From Clavelina lepadiformis (taxonomy: Eukaryota): a DNA stretch of 64,000 nt. The stretch covers positions 13,014,860-13,078,859 of the forward strand of contig NC_135244.1 in NCBI RefSeq assembly GCF_947623445.1. The letters are read 5' to 3'. Both the position numbers and the translations under genes were made by a program. Below, in pieces: positions 37,201 to 49,546 of this stretch; within the stretch, counting starts at the first letter, position 1; every line of letters starts with the position of its first letter. The notes beneath the pieces are model-generated. The model made no database searches, was not told the origin of the DNA, and saw only the letters and a list, made by a program, of their open reading frames with translations.

Positions 37201-40200
37201 AAGTCGTATGACCTAAAATGTGTTACTAACACCATGTTATGTACTACTAGCAAGTGATGTTTATAAACGTTTGCCTTTGTTTCCTTTTATATTATGCAAA
37301 AAAATTCTTTGGAGTCTATTTTGACTCGATCTTTTCTATTTTTTGACCATTTTATTTAAAATTTCTTTTTATAATGTGTACGTTATACGTTAGTGTATTA
37401 ATACAGGAGACGTTTTAACGTTGTCCGCAATGGCTATTTAAGTTTCAGTTTTTTCAGAAAGATGAACATTACAGTATTTATTCACAGTCTCTTTCCCCTT
37501 GGTGGTGGGGCTGTTATATTCAAACGGATCGTTCACTTTTTGATGAGCAGAAAAGTCATAGGCCTATTTTATTTCTGTAGATTGGCGGCTATAGCGGAGA
37601 ACTAGAATCTATCGATTTCTTTAGCTGTCCTGCTACGTATAATCTCTCGTGTTACCTTTCAATAATAATTTAATTAATCAGAAGCGGTCAACGAGGCCAT
37701 GTATATTACACAAATTTTGAAATTTGTTTTTCATTATGTGGTCTAACTTTTATTGTCGAGTTGAAAACGGCTGTATCTGCGTTCCAATAGTTTTGCCAAG
37801 TAGCCTATCTTCATTATGGAATAAGTATCTTCATTTGCCTGGTCAATCAAACGGTGGCACTTCAGGAAGCAATTATTTTTACGTTTTAACACGTTGGCTG
37901 GAAAATTTGTTTGAACAAAATTTCAACTAAGCATATCTTCTTGTATCGGTTTTTATCTATGCGGTAGTTTTAAAACGAATTGCAACTTGCACGAGGCCTA
38001 AGCAGTGGTGGTCAAAATAACCACATATTTATTTAAGTAGAAGTATTGTTACTCCCGAAAAAAATCTACTTTACTACAAGTATAGAAGTATTGCTGTTCA
38101 AAACTATTCTAGTAAAAAGTATTTATCGATCTAAAGCGTAAGGCTGTAAAAGTAAAAATTCCCACGAGCTCGTTAAAAGCATTACAACTGCAGGGAAATG
38201 CATAATTTTATAAAGCTAAGTGCCTTGTGGCTGCAATCCCCACCCATGGAAAAGACTGAAGCAGAGTTCTATAATCACTAATCTGGTGTTATATTTTTAA
38301 CCCGAACCAGGCCCAAAAGTATAAGACCGAGCCAGAAAGTTGATTTGAAGCCGTAAGGTTAAATTTACCGAATGAGTCACAAAGCCTATTTGCATGGCTG
38401 AGACAGATTGACTTTCAAGCCGACTTGAAATGACGCCATGCCTCCTGCGCGCGATTCAACAAAGCGTTCGATTTCCGTGGTCAGTTTCGGATCGGACTGA
38501 AACTGTGTGAGGCGAGTAACTGCTTTCCGCGTCGCTTTATATTTAGAACCTAACCAAATTTTTATTAATAAAGCTTTGTTGTAAATGTAAGTCAAAGATA
38601 AGCATTTGTTGTAATGGTCACTAGACCAGGTTATTACTTCAATCCGACTCAAAAAACCAAACATTTTATCGGATTGCAGCAAAAGCGTTTCAAATCCGAC
38701 GTGCTTTTTTCTTTTCGCCAAAAACGAGGAAGTTGGATTGGCGAGTCGGTATCGAATCCTTTTTAAACGCTCACCTAAATGGGATTAAAGTCATCTTTTG
38801 ATGTCACTCTTTTTAAAATTGCGTTTTGCTCCCTGCGGGACGAGTAGCAGAGTTAATATTTATTTAACTATTAAGCCACAATGCTGCTTTGTTTTCGTCG
38901 TCCCAAGACACACCACTATTTAAACTATGCAGATTTGTTTGCAATTCCAACCTTTTTTAGCATTTTTTTGATGTGTTGGTTAATAAACCTACCGATTAAG
39001 AAGTTAAAACCCAACTGGTTCTTAGGCCTATAGGTAGATTTATTAAGCGAACTCTACTCCCCTATATTGCATGATGTAATCATAAGTTTTGAAATAAATT
39101 CCACTATATTTTGGATAAACCATTCCAGATATTCAGGAGAAAACATCCAGAAAATCTAGTAGATCTGTCCTCAATCGATTTTTCTCTTGATGAAATTAGT
39201 ATTGTGTTCTGTGGAACATGTAGAAGAAAAACTCATGAGAAAAGTATGGTGCAAAGCTGATGAATTTGGTATTTTGGAAAAACTGGAAGACAGAATGAAC
39301 TGCTCTGTTTTATGTGATAAATCATTTATTTTTAAACTTCCAATTTAGGTTTTGTTACCTTGGTAATCTTCTATCGTCATAACACACTATTCCATTTAAT
39401 ATCTTGCAACTTTTAATCTCTCGGAGATTATAATAACTTTTTCGTTTACTACATTCCCGTGAGCATTGCTTTCGTTTATGCTAGCTATCAAAACGGTTAT
39501 AATCCTGCATTTTTCTTCGCCATTTTTATTCACGGATACAATTCAGAACTTCCGACACACACCAACTGCCAGTTTAAGCCGAAAGAAAAACCCTGGAAAC
39601 GCCGGCAAGGTGCTCATCGCTCCCAGTCGATGGACATAGTACCTAAATTCGTTCGTCTATGGACCGATGTCTGTACACGCTTTTATTTATGAAGGTGAGA
39701 ATATAATAGAGAAACGAATATAACGACAATTACATGGCACACAAACAAATTAACAACAAAGAAAGATGTTAAGACTATATTGCAAAATATAGTTGTTGGC
39801 CAATCAGAAGACATCAAACAAGTTATTCCTTTGTTTTAAAGTTTTTTTTATTAAGTTAGTTATCAATTATCATTGTAACATATTGTTTTATCTATAAAGC
39901 ACGTCTTAAGCATTAGATGTTAGCATGTTGCAGAACAAGGTCCAAAGTCTATGTAATATGGCGATTGTAATAGTGGATTGTAATAAGTTATATAATTGGC
40001 ATTTTAAGAAGCGATTGTGTGTTCTCCAGTTGGATGAAATGTAACATTTAGAAAGCTTTATTATCCTTGGTTAATCATGTCATGCAACCACTGAACTCCG
40101 AAAGCGACATATTTTACCCATTATATAAGTGTTTATAAGTTACATCACATTTTAGAGTGTATGAAGTTTGATGGTACTTGTGGTAAAGAACCTCAGTGAC

Positions 40201-40248
40201 ATAGAATATGTTTCATTTTAATTATTATTGTAAAAATACTATCTATAC

Positions 40249-40577
40249 CAGGGGCGGGCAACATACGGCCCGGGGGCCGGACCCGGCCCGCAACGGGATT
40301 TTGAGCGGCCCGCAGACAGTTTCCGGTCTTACATGATAAAACAAACATGGAGAGATAGCTGAACATTTTTTAGGAAAAGTCACCAAATTTCAAGTTTCTA
40401 CAGTAAACAATGCAACTGTACGCCACGTTTTGCTGTGACTGTGTGCAGGAGAAGCCACACCTAGTGAAAACAGGGTTAAAGTTTACATTAAATACGATTT
40501 GTATAGGTGGATAAATGCACGATTAATGTATCGATTCAGGAATCCGGCCCGCCGACCGAAGAAGTTGCCCGCCCCTG
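40249..40577. mobile_element. hAT-type MITE (family A) with perfect 8-bp TSD ATCTATAC
   Basis: TIR CAGGGGCGGGCAAC... at 40249 and ...GTTGCCCGCCCCTG ending 40577. TSD ATCTATAC at 40241-40248 and 40578-40585. The termini closely resemble the 3' end of the hAT at 21663 (GTTGCCAACCCCTG). Internal 40335-40460 is about 90% identical to 1127-1250. Confidence 0.8.
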
Positions 40578-41046
40578 ATCTATACGTATCAGGATGCAAG
40601 TAAAATGTCTTTCGCTGATTGGCTCATATAGCGATATAAAAGCTTAGGCTTGGTTTAAACCGCTCTCTTTTTCCCTTCTCGCTTATTCATCATTCAATTC
40701 AAGTGATAACTCTATCCGGATGAGAAATGGATATGAAATTGTTTCAGGTGTGACTACGACTATATTTTGAAAAATAGCCTATAACAAATTAGACTTTATG
40801 AATGTTGTGCTAATTTAAAGAAACAATCAGAGATAGCACATGCAACGGAGTCAAAGATAAAATAGTCAACAGTTTTAAAAGAAAGACTAAAGCCTTTCGA
40901 TTTAGGCCAACCAATCAAAAAATCAACATCAACAATCAACATCGCCATTCCCACAGTAATATCATTTTTATGGCCAAAATGCATCAAAACTTGCTTACGA
41001 AACGAGGTGGTTCATGAAACAAACTCACATTTCCAAGACTGTCGGT

Positions 41047-41165
41047 CTCATTTGCTTTCATTTGGTCTCCATTCTGTCTCATTTGGTTCCATTCGATCCC
41101 CATTCTGACCCATTTGGTCTAAATTGGTTTCACGTGGTGACCATTCGGTTTAATTCGGTCCCATT
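41047..41165 (+). repeat. tandem repeat, 11-bp unit CATTYGGTCYC x ~11 (degenerate)
   Basis: catttgctttc / catttggtctc / cattctgtctc / catttggttc / cattcgatccc / cattctgaccc / catttggtcta / aattggtttca... Confidence 0.7.
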
Positions 41166-42215
41166 TCAAACTATAAAAATAGCTTCTAACCCAACATTTC
41201 TTCCGGTGAAATAAACTAGTGGCAGCTATAGTTTTTAAGTAGTACCGGATGTTTAACCAGCAGTGTGCGACATTTGCACCAATGTGGTAATGCAAAAAAT
41301 GAATTTGATGCTCATTGAAGCTGGTTTCCCTCTTTCCTGATAGGTTAATTTTTGTTTTATAGACATCACATATTTATTAATTTTAAAGCTTTGCCCGAAA
41401 CCTTTGCACTAAAAGGAATTCGTCAGACAACATTTGCTCTGTTCTTGGAACGATATAAACGTGTTTTATATCTTTCGTTCTTTAGTGTGCTAGGCTATAA
41501 TGATTGGTGTTGCAATTTTCCCTCCGCGCATTAAGTGACGAAAAATAAGCAATGTTATACGATATAGGCCTACTCCGTTGAGTTGGCCTAATACCTCCCT
41601 TAGAAAAATAATGAACAGAAAAACAAGTAGGCCTAGCAGAGGCATCAGATGCTGCCAGGCTTTTGAGTGGAGACAAGAAGCTGTTTCGACCGAGTATCTG
41701 AAGGGATTCAAATGAGAACGGATAGAGTTGGCCTTGCAGCCTTGACAATTGGACGTGGCTGCCACCAAGTAATTACGCTTAAAGAAGATTTTAACTAATT
41801 CCAAGTCACTTCTCAGAAGGGTAAAGGAGTTTTGAATTTATACATGAATGCGTGGCATATGCTTTCAGAGCAGTAGCCCTACACAAGTCGCTACAGATAA
41901 CCCAGCGAGTAAAGTCTTGATTTCTCTAAGTATAGCCTACTGATAATAAAGCTAGGGATTTTACAGAAGCTTTTACACGGTGCATCCATAATATACAGGT
42001 TCACTTGGATCGTTTGAACTGCTTGAGCTGTAAAATTAAATTGAAAGGTTTTTGAAACTATTCATTGAGTTAGGTGCTCCTACAGTATTTTAAACATATT
42101 TTTAAAACTTGCTGCTAATAAAGCACAAATTTTCACATTGATGTTCAATTGATGTACGTGTTGTTCCATCTTGGTTTAGCATGGTTGTTGAAATGGTACT
42201 CCTCGTATTCTAAAA

Positions 42216-42275
42216 CAGCGGTCCCCAACCGATCCGTGAACGGTTTTCACCTGGGCCGCAAACGGTTTCACACAT
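42216..42275. repeat. 5' terminus of a CAGYGGTYCCCAACC-family element (CAGCGGTCCCCAACCGATCCGTGAACGG...GGGCCGCAAACGG)
   Basis: Same terminal and subterminal design as the 54662 copy (CAGTGGTTCCCAACCGCCAGTCCGCG...GGTCCGCAAAC). Confidence 0.35.
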
Positions 42276-45200
42276 AAAAGATTAAACACGATACTCTTAT
42301 CGGATAGATGAAAAATAAAAATAAATAAAATATGAAATAACCAAACGAACATGAATCATAAATGGTGACACGCAATATGTACTATATTGCGTGTCATTGT
42401 TGATTGCAAAAAGTTGATTTTTGGTTATTTAGGATTTAATTGTCAAAGTTAAACTTATATTAAAAAGTAAATTTAGGTATGGTTTAATTTGCTATATTAT
42501 ATATAACATTTAAGTTAAGATAAACTGTGAAATATAGCTTTGAATAAACGAATATTTCTAATGCCATAGTTGCAGCTTGATATTTCTGCTTGGCTGTATC
42601 TTCAAATAACTTTTTCATCATGAACAAGTAATGAAAACATTGTACGAAAGTGGCATCACAATACAGCTTATTTTTAAACTCGCGACAGTGCAATCGCAAA
42701 TTTTAATGAAACTGAGTTAATTTTTATGTTATCCATATTTTAATGAATCCATAGCGTTCCTCTGGAGTAGGCTGATTTTATTTGTCGAAAATTTTATGTC
42801 CGAAATATCAAAACACGTAGCTTACATATCTTTTATCCTAAAAAGGGCAAGCCACACTGTCTAAATTGCGAGAAAAATGCCTTTGTTGTAATGTCATTTC
42901 GACCTGAATAGACTAAATCCTGAGACAATAACAGCGGACGTTCCCAATTGGCATGATGTCAACCGGACAATAAAACAAATTTGACCAACAAACAAAGGAG
43001 TGTACTTTAAGTATTGCCACATTTGTGATGTCCATGATTTATTTTGCACCTATTTTGATTAACCTCTCGTTAAAAAGAGCGTAACCGTGGGAATGTGCTT
43101 GCGTTTTTACCTTGCACTCTGTCCAATTGTCCGCCTAGTTTTGATTATTTAGAACAATGATACAACCTCATCATGTACAAAGTGTTTAATATAGCTTTTG
43201 CACAACGTTTAAATGGAAACCAACTTACCATACATCTGAATTAGATGCGAACAAAATGAAGAGTTGACAGAACAGCACATAGTTTTTCACACCGAGTAGG
43301 ACTAAGAGAATGTTAGTATACTAAATCTATTAATTTAAGAACGTCAGTTGAAAGCAAAGTTGTTTTTAGTTTGGAAAATCCCCAACTTTTAATCGGCCTG
43401 GAAACACCCCCCTGTCAAAGATCAAAGTCGGCAAAAAGCAGAATTTTAAGTTATTTAGCCAGCGTTCTTGTCAACATTATTAAGCATACACCATATGTTT
43501 TATTAGCTGTTGCTTTTTTATCACTAAGGTGATGTTGTTATTTTGAATTTAACCTCCTGATGGTGAAAATTCAAAAATTAAACTTTAATGAGCACTAGAC
43601 TTAAAAGTTACACGATCTTCAGCAGTAGCAAAATTAAAATAATAAGGGGTAGGCGATTCAGAATACTGAATCTGGAGAATTCGGATGCTGAACTATCCGA
43701 ATCCAAAATGTCAATTTGAACCAGGTGATAGGATTCGGTTTACCTTTCTTAAATAAGCATTTTTCTTTCTATCTCAGTAACATGTTCGTGTATTCCTTTT
43801 TATGTTTGTGTAAACTGAAACATGTGCTCATCCCATCATTCCTGGACTGCATGCGATGCAACGGGTTGTGCAGCAAGCACAATAGACTTATTTGTAATCA
43901 CAGTCAAACAGAAGGAAATGCCTTTTATGCCTCAGAGTATAGTTGCTTCGGAATAAGGAAATTGAAAAAGACAACTAAATGGTTGCACTTGCACCGATTT
44001 CCACATGTTGCATGGTATGAAAATTGCAATCTGTGATGCCAATTGAATGAAAAGAAATATGAATACCACTTGGAGTATACGCTAGTTGTAATGGCCGAAT
44101 TGTAACCGATTGTCTACAGGCTACTGCATTAAAAAAGGTTAACTAGGTCTATTAAACTTAATATCTATTTAGCTATACGCAACTATGTTTGTTATTGTAA
44201 TTTTATAGCGGACTGGGCACTGGGTCATAATATGCAGGAGTTCTAATTAAGTATATGTGCAGTTGTGCACGTTGTGCACGTTGTTGCATTGGATGGTTGC
44301 CAAAACCATAAGGCTGTTTTACCATTGGACCAGCAACGATCAATAGGAAAGACAGTTAGACTATTTTCCACTCAATGTCACCACATCAAGGGCATGTTTT
44401 CAATAGAACGACAAAATGATGAAGTAAACAATACCAGTGAGTAGTGACAATGACTTAATACAAGTACTGTTCCCATCCCTGGACAATCTTATATTACTTT
44501 CCAGGTGTCTACATGGCACTTTTGACAAAGTTTGTCCTGATTAGATCAGCTTCAACAGTTGCTCGCATGCTCCTTTCGCAAAATGAGTTTGACAATATGG
44601 CCGTGCTTTGCGCAGAACTTGCAACACTCCAATGTTTCCACACTTTTCTTCATTTTTGGTGTCATGTATTTCCTAGTTTTTACACTTTCAAACTTTTTAA
44701 CTCAAGAATTGAATGCTTTTGGTTTGGGGTTATTTGCCATTTTTACTGAAACTTAAGTATGTTATTGTGCTTGCTTTGATAACATGATCACAGAAAGGCA
44801 TTTAGGACGATTATATCACTATCAGTCACAATCAATTTGCTCTTGTTTAATGTTACCATGTATTGGTTATTGTGCTGTGAGAAGATGGATTCTTTCACGT
44901 GTCAATCAAGCAGCGGCCTCATTTAATAAAGACAAGGCTACAAATTGAACACCAAATGAAAATGCATTTTAAAATTTTTTCTGAATATTCGGGTTTGACT
45001 GTTTGCAAGATGTAAAAATTACTCATCTCACCCACTCAATATTATTCGCTTTTTTCAAACGGTCATGAAAGCGGGTGCTTTCCGATAGAAGTGATCTCTG
45101 CTAAAACACATCAAAACTATTTTCTGATTTTGCTGTCATCAACAAAAACGTTGTACCATCATACTTGTTTCAATCAAGTGTTTATATCGGTTTGAAATTA

Positions 45201-45910
45201 TGCATTGATTTATAGGCGCTGGATGATTTCAAGTTTCTTAATTTTTTGAAAAATGTCAATTATAGAAATGTTTTTAGTTTGAGTGATCCGGATCAAGTGT
45301 TGTAATGCCTTACCTAAAGGCACTGCATCGACATCACATGCATCTAACCTAGTTTTTCGTGTTTAAATTATTTCTGAGACTATCATATTCTCACTGGTCA
45401 ACTCACTATTCAACTTTTCCAAGATTTAAAAATAAAAGAAACATTACAGGATTTGAACACTAGTATCACAACAATCCTTCATGCAAATGTTAACCTTTTT
45501 CTCTTCAAGGGTCAATGCATAAATTTGTTCATTCACCATCATTAGCGAATTGCTGTAGAAAGGGTGGTCAATAAGTAGACCGTTTGCAGGTTTTTATTAT
45601 GTTTTTTTCGTGGTGTGAACTTTTACACTTTGTATAAAATAGGCCAACTTCTAAAGTTGTCTTCTCATTATCACAATACCATAATAAAATCTATTTTATC
45701 TTCATACTCATAATCACATAATCATAAAACGTTTGCAGTATGACCTATAGTGTTTTTTTAACGGAAGAGAGCAAAAGTAGGACATCAAAAATATATGTCA
45801 AAATGCATTGAAGGCAAGTTTGATAACTTGGGCTAAGGTGGTGAGGAATCATCGCCAAGTTGTGCAATGATGATTCTTTGTGTTGTGGTAAATGTTGCAA
45901 TACCATAAAG

Positions 45911-46000
45911 CAGTGGTTCTTAACCCCTGGGTCGTGACCCAAGCATTGGTCGCGGAGCCTTCGAAAATGGGTGGCAACTGGGTTCTGGTCACGACACTGA
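45911..46000. repeat. 5' terminus of a CAGTGGTTCTTAAC-family element with subterminal palindrome GGGTCGTGACCCAAGCATTGGTCGCGG
   Basis: Read directly. Related to the 26014 and 26426 termini. Confidence 0.35.
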
Positions 46001-46367
46001 AAGTGGATATTTCTATATCTGTTGTATACGATACGCAACAGGCCTCCAAAATAAGTATATTATACTCAAAAATTCAAAGTGTTTAATAATGGGGCTGATG
46101 CTAAGACCACACGCGCACCCGAAATTCTCTGAGATGCGTTCCACGCTGTCGTATCGCACATCAATATGGCTGGTTATATGTATAACTTCAAACAAGGTGT
46201 GAGCCAATTCATTTGCCTTCCTTCCGTTTTATACTTTTTGGTACATGTCTTAGAATGACCTATTTTGCTAGAACTTTTTAACTTTTATGACAATAGCAAG
46301 AAACATTTTTATTTTTAATAGATTGTTGGCAACTCAAATTATTATTTTTTTATAAGTTGGTTTGTGC

Positions 46368-47960
46368 ATGAAGACAATGGCTGCAGAATTATATTCTAAT
46401 CCTTTGCCTCCGGAGATAGAAGATGAATCCTCTACACTGGTGAATGAACCTTTAACAAATGCTGACTTTCGTAAATTACTTTCAACCCCACGCCAACTAG
46501 ATGCTAAACCGAACGAAAAAACTCAAAGGGGTTTTGCTGTGCCACGTGAATATACCTCTACCAATGACTCAGCTGCTGAACAAAGGCGAAAGAAAAAAAG
46601 CTTTTATGCTAAACTTAAAAAGCAGGAAATGGAAAGACAAGCTGAACTAGCTAAAAAATATCGAGATCGCTCAAAAGAAAGACGAGAAGGTAAAGGAGAC
46701 TATACGGATGTAGAATTAATAAGCACCACAGCTGACTATAGGGCAGTTGGTCCTACATCTGAAATGGATAGGACATCTGCTGAAAAAAGGCGTCAAGTAA
46801 TTCAGGAGTCAAAATTCTTGGGTGGAGATATGGCTCATACCCATCTTGTGAAAGGGTTAGATTTTGCTCTTCTGCAAAAAGTGAGAGCTGAAATTTCAAC
46901 CAAAGAACGTGAAAATGAAGAAATTCTTGACGATATACTGGAAAAAGATCAAAAATCTGAGCCTACTCAATGTGATAATGTAGTTGATTCAATGAACAAT
47001 AAAATGGCAAAAAATGTTTATAGAATTTTATTTCAACAAAAAATTCCCATTAGAAATGAGACTTTTTTACCTGGTCGTATGGCATATGTTTTTGAGCTTG
47101 AGGATGAGTATGCTGATTCTGACTTGCCTACGACGTTAATGAGAAGCAAAATGGATTGCCCTACTTTAGAAACACATACAACACTGTCTACAAATGACAT
47201 TGTCATTAACAAATTAACCCAAATACTTGCTTACTTACGTCATGGTTCAAAAGATAAGCACAAAAAGAAGAAGGAAAAAAAATCAAAAAGTGAAATCCAC
47301 AAGCCAGCTGAAGCCGACATGAATATATTTGATGACGTTGGAGAATATGTTCCGCCAAGTAAAGCATCTAAAAAACACAGCAAACATGGTGTTGGTCCAT
47401 ACTTTGAAAAGTCAGAATTGAAAAAGGAAGATGAGAGATTGGCATTATTGAATGTAAGTGCTAATGCATCTGTTAAACAACTTGTGCAAAACATTCATGA
47501 ACAACAGTCTACAAAAGAAAAAGTTCTTAAAACTGAAGCAGAGGCGAAGGTTAAAAAATCAGCAGGTAATCCACTGCTTGGAGGAAACGTCAATGCTCCA
47601 GACAGCTATGCGGAATGCTATCCATCCACTCAGTTTAACATATCTGGTATGGGTGAGGATAGTGATGAAGAGGCAGATTATTCCAAAATGGACATCGGAA
47701 ACAAAAAAGGCCCAGTTGGACGATGGGATTTTGATACACAAGAAGAATATAGTTCTTATATGTCTAAACGAGAGGCAATGCCTAAAGCAGCTTTTCAGTA
47801 TGGCATTAAAATGTCTGGAGGCCGCAAAACTCGGCGCACTCGCGAACAGAATGAAAAGCAGAAACTGAACAGAGAGTTGCAACAAATTCAACAAATTATA
47901 ACCAAGAGGAAAGGGTCATCAAAAAATGATGGTGATAATTACAAAAAACCAAAATATTAA
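46368..47960 (+). CDS. IK: protein Red (IK cytokine / RED) homolog, intronless, no RD/RE repeat
   Basis: The single ORF is collinear with human IK along its whole length: TNADFRKLLSTPR, RRKKKSFYAKL, AKKYRDRSKERR, ELISTTADYRAVGPT, SAEKRRQVIQESKFLGGDMAHTHLVKGLDFALLQKVRAEI, FLPGRMAYVFELEDEYADSDLPTTLMRSKMDCPT, NDIVINKLTQILAYLR, PEADMNIFDDVGEYVP, SYAECYP, YSKMDIGNKKGPVGRWDFDTQEEYSSYM, PKAAFQYGIKMSGGRKTRR, ITKRK. First ATG at 46368 or 46377 (the track's start at 46362 is TTG). Stop TAA 47958-47960. Confidence 0.9.
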   Translation: MKTMAAELYSNPLPPEIEDESSTLVNEPLTNADFRKLLSTPRQLDAKPNEKTQRGFAVPREYTSTNDSAAEQRRKKKSFYAKLKKQEMERQAELAKKYRDRSKERREGKGDYTDVELISTTADYRAVGPTSEMDRTSAEKRRQVIQESKFLGGDMAHTHLVKGLDFALLQKVRAEISTKERENEEILDDILEKDQKSEPTQCDNVVDSMNNKMAKNVYRILFQQKIPIRNETFLPGRMAYVFELEDEYADSDLPTTLMRSKMDCPTLETHTTLSTNDIVINKLTQILAYLRHGSKDKHKKKKEKKSKSEIHKPAEADMNIFDDVGEYVPPSKASKKHSKHGVGPYFEKSELKKEDERLALLNVSANASVKQLVQNIHEQQSTKEKVLKTEAEAKVKKSAGNPLLGGNVNAPDSYAECYPSTQFNISGMGEDSDEEADYSKMDIGNKKGPVGRWDFDTQEEYSSYMSKREAMPKAAFQYGIKMSGGRKTRRTREQNEKQKLNRELQQIQQIITKRKGSSKNDGDNYKKPKY

Positions 47961-48411
47961 ACATTTGGAAAATCAATTATTATTGATATATTCTAAGTAA
48001 TAGATTGATTTTAGGTTAATAAGGGAGTAATAATAAGGGAGTTGACAATGCTCAGTTTGTATATACTGTACATGGTATTTGATGAATATGTTATGTAACC
48101 TTTTGTTTATTTGCTTGCTTGCTTAGTTTTCACTTTAAGAATTATGTCATGCCTTGGTGAAAACATACTATGATTAATTTTACTACTCACGAAATAATTT
48201 GAAGTTAAATTCAATCTTGAGTCGCATACATTTGCTGCCAAATATATGTTATTTTCTTTGACAAAATGATGACATATAGTAGTATTTTATTTCAACACTG
48301 CACATGTATACAGCATGCATGTAAAAATTTAATCTGTGTTTTACTATTCTTTGACCATTTCAATTTGTCGTTTTTGGTAGACTTTTGTGCAGCTTAGGAT
48401 TAGTGAATAAA

Positions 48412-48530
48412 ATGGATTCTTATGTGGTTCAAGTTACAAACGTAGCTCCTACAGCAACTAAAGAGCAAGTTCACACACTATTTAGCTTTCTTGGAAGCAT
48501 TGATGAGTTTGCTTTATATCCAAATAATCC
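48412..48530 (+). CDS. SREK1: SREK1/SFRS12-like splicing regulator, exon 1 (MDSYVVQVTNVAPTATKEQVHTLFSFLGSIDEFALYPNNP)
   Basis: ATG at 48412, donor CC|gtaagt. Matches the vertebrate SREK1 long-isoform N-terminus MDSGVVQVTNVSPSASSEQMRTLFGFLGKIDELRLFP. Confidence 0.8.
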
Positions 48531-49415
48531 GTAAGTTGGAGCTCACATAAGTATTTTGTGGTATGTTTAACATTTTCATGTACTGTATATATGCCAGTAT
48601 CATGAGAGATTATATTGGTCATATCTTGAACAGTGGATAAAGTTTTGATATTGTGGAGAGAATGATTTATTATTATAGTTATATGGTATAATAATTGTTA
48701 AATAATCTTTTGATTATTATTGACTGAAGCAAGCAGAAGCATTAACGAAATCTTTTTTAACACTTCCGCTGACTCCAGTATTCTAAGCTTATCATTACTA
48801 CTTCTATAATGTTTATTGTAAGTGTTGAATTTTTGTTTTACCCGCCGTATTTTGTACAATATATGAAACCAACTTGGTGTTCCATCTTTTAGGAGAGAGT
48901 GACGCCAAACCAAAGCTGTGAAGGGGCGCACTTAACAAAATTACGCTAAAATTTAAACATTGTAATCTTAAATGCATATATCGTTTATTACTTATCCCAC
49001 TGTAACCATTGGAAAACTATGGTATAAGTTTAGTCATAAATCTGAATGGGATAGCAAAATTTTTTTTACTGGCTGCTCACTATTTATTTTGAAATTTTGG
49101 TTGTTCTATATGTGTATATATACAAGATATAAGTTTTGTGTAACTTAGAATGCCCCCCTACTTGGCTAACATGAACAAAATTATAACAAAAGAACCAACC
49201 AATTTATTCTTTGGCCCTGACATGTTGTCTGTACCACGAGCTGCATTGTATTTCATTGCATTTATAATAAATTTTTATGCACGTAATAACGTAAACAATA
49301 TCGCATGCGGGCCACATTAATTTGTCTGGGGCCCTGGATGCGCCTCACAGGTTGGGCATAGTTTGCATTAAACAATAAGTAATATTTCAGCACAACTTTT
49401 TACTGTTGTTTTTAG

Positions 49416-49546
49416 TGATCCTGCTAATCCTGGAACAAAGGTGTGCTTTATTAAATATAATGAAGGGGGATCTGTTGGAGTTGCACAACACTTGACAAAT
49501 ACAGTTTTCATTGATCGTCCTCTAATTTGTGTTCCATACACGGAAG
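49416..49546 (+). CDS. SREK1: SREK1-like exon 2 (DPANPGTKVCFIKYNEGGSVGVAQHLTNTVFIDRPLICVPYTEG)
   Basis: Acceptor gtttttag|, donor AAG|gtatag. Matches SRVCFVKFHDPDSAVVAQHLTNTVFVDRALIVVPYAEG. Confidence 0.85.

Noticed and set aside
47240-47894. Three ORF-track ORFs overlapping the IK coding region on both strands
   Set aside because: They are out-of-frame or antisense shadows of the 532-aa IK ORF, which is the only one with homology.
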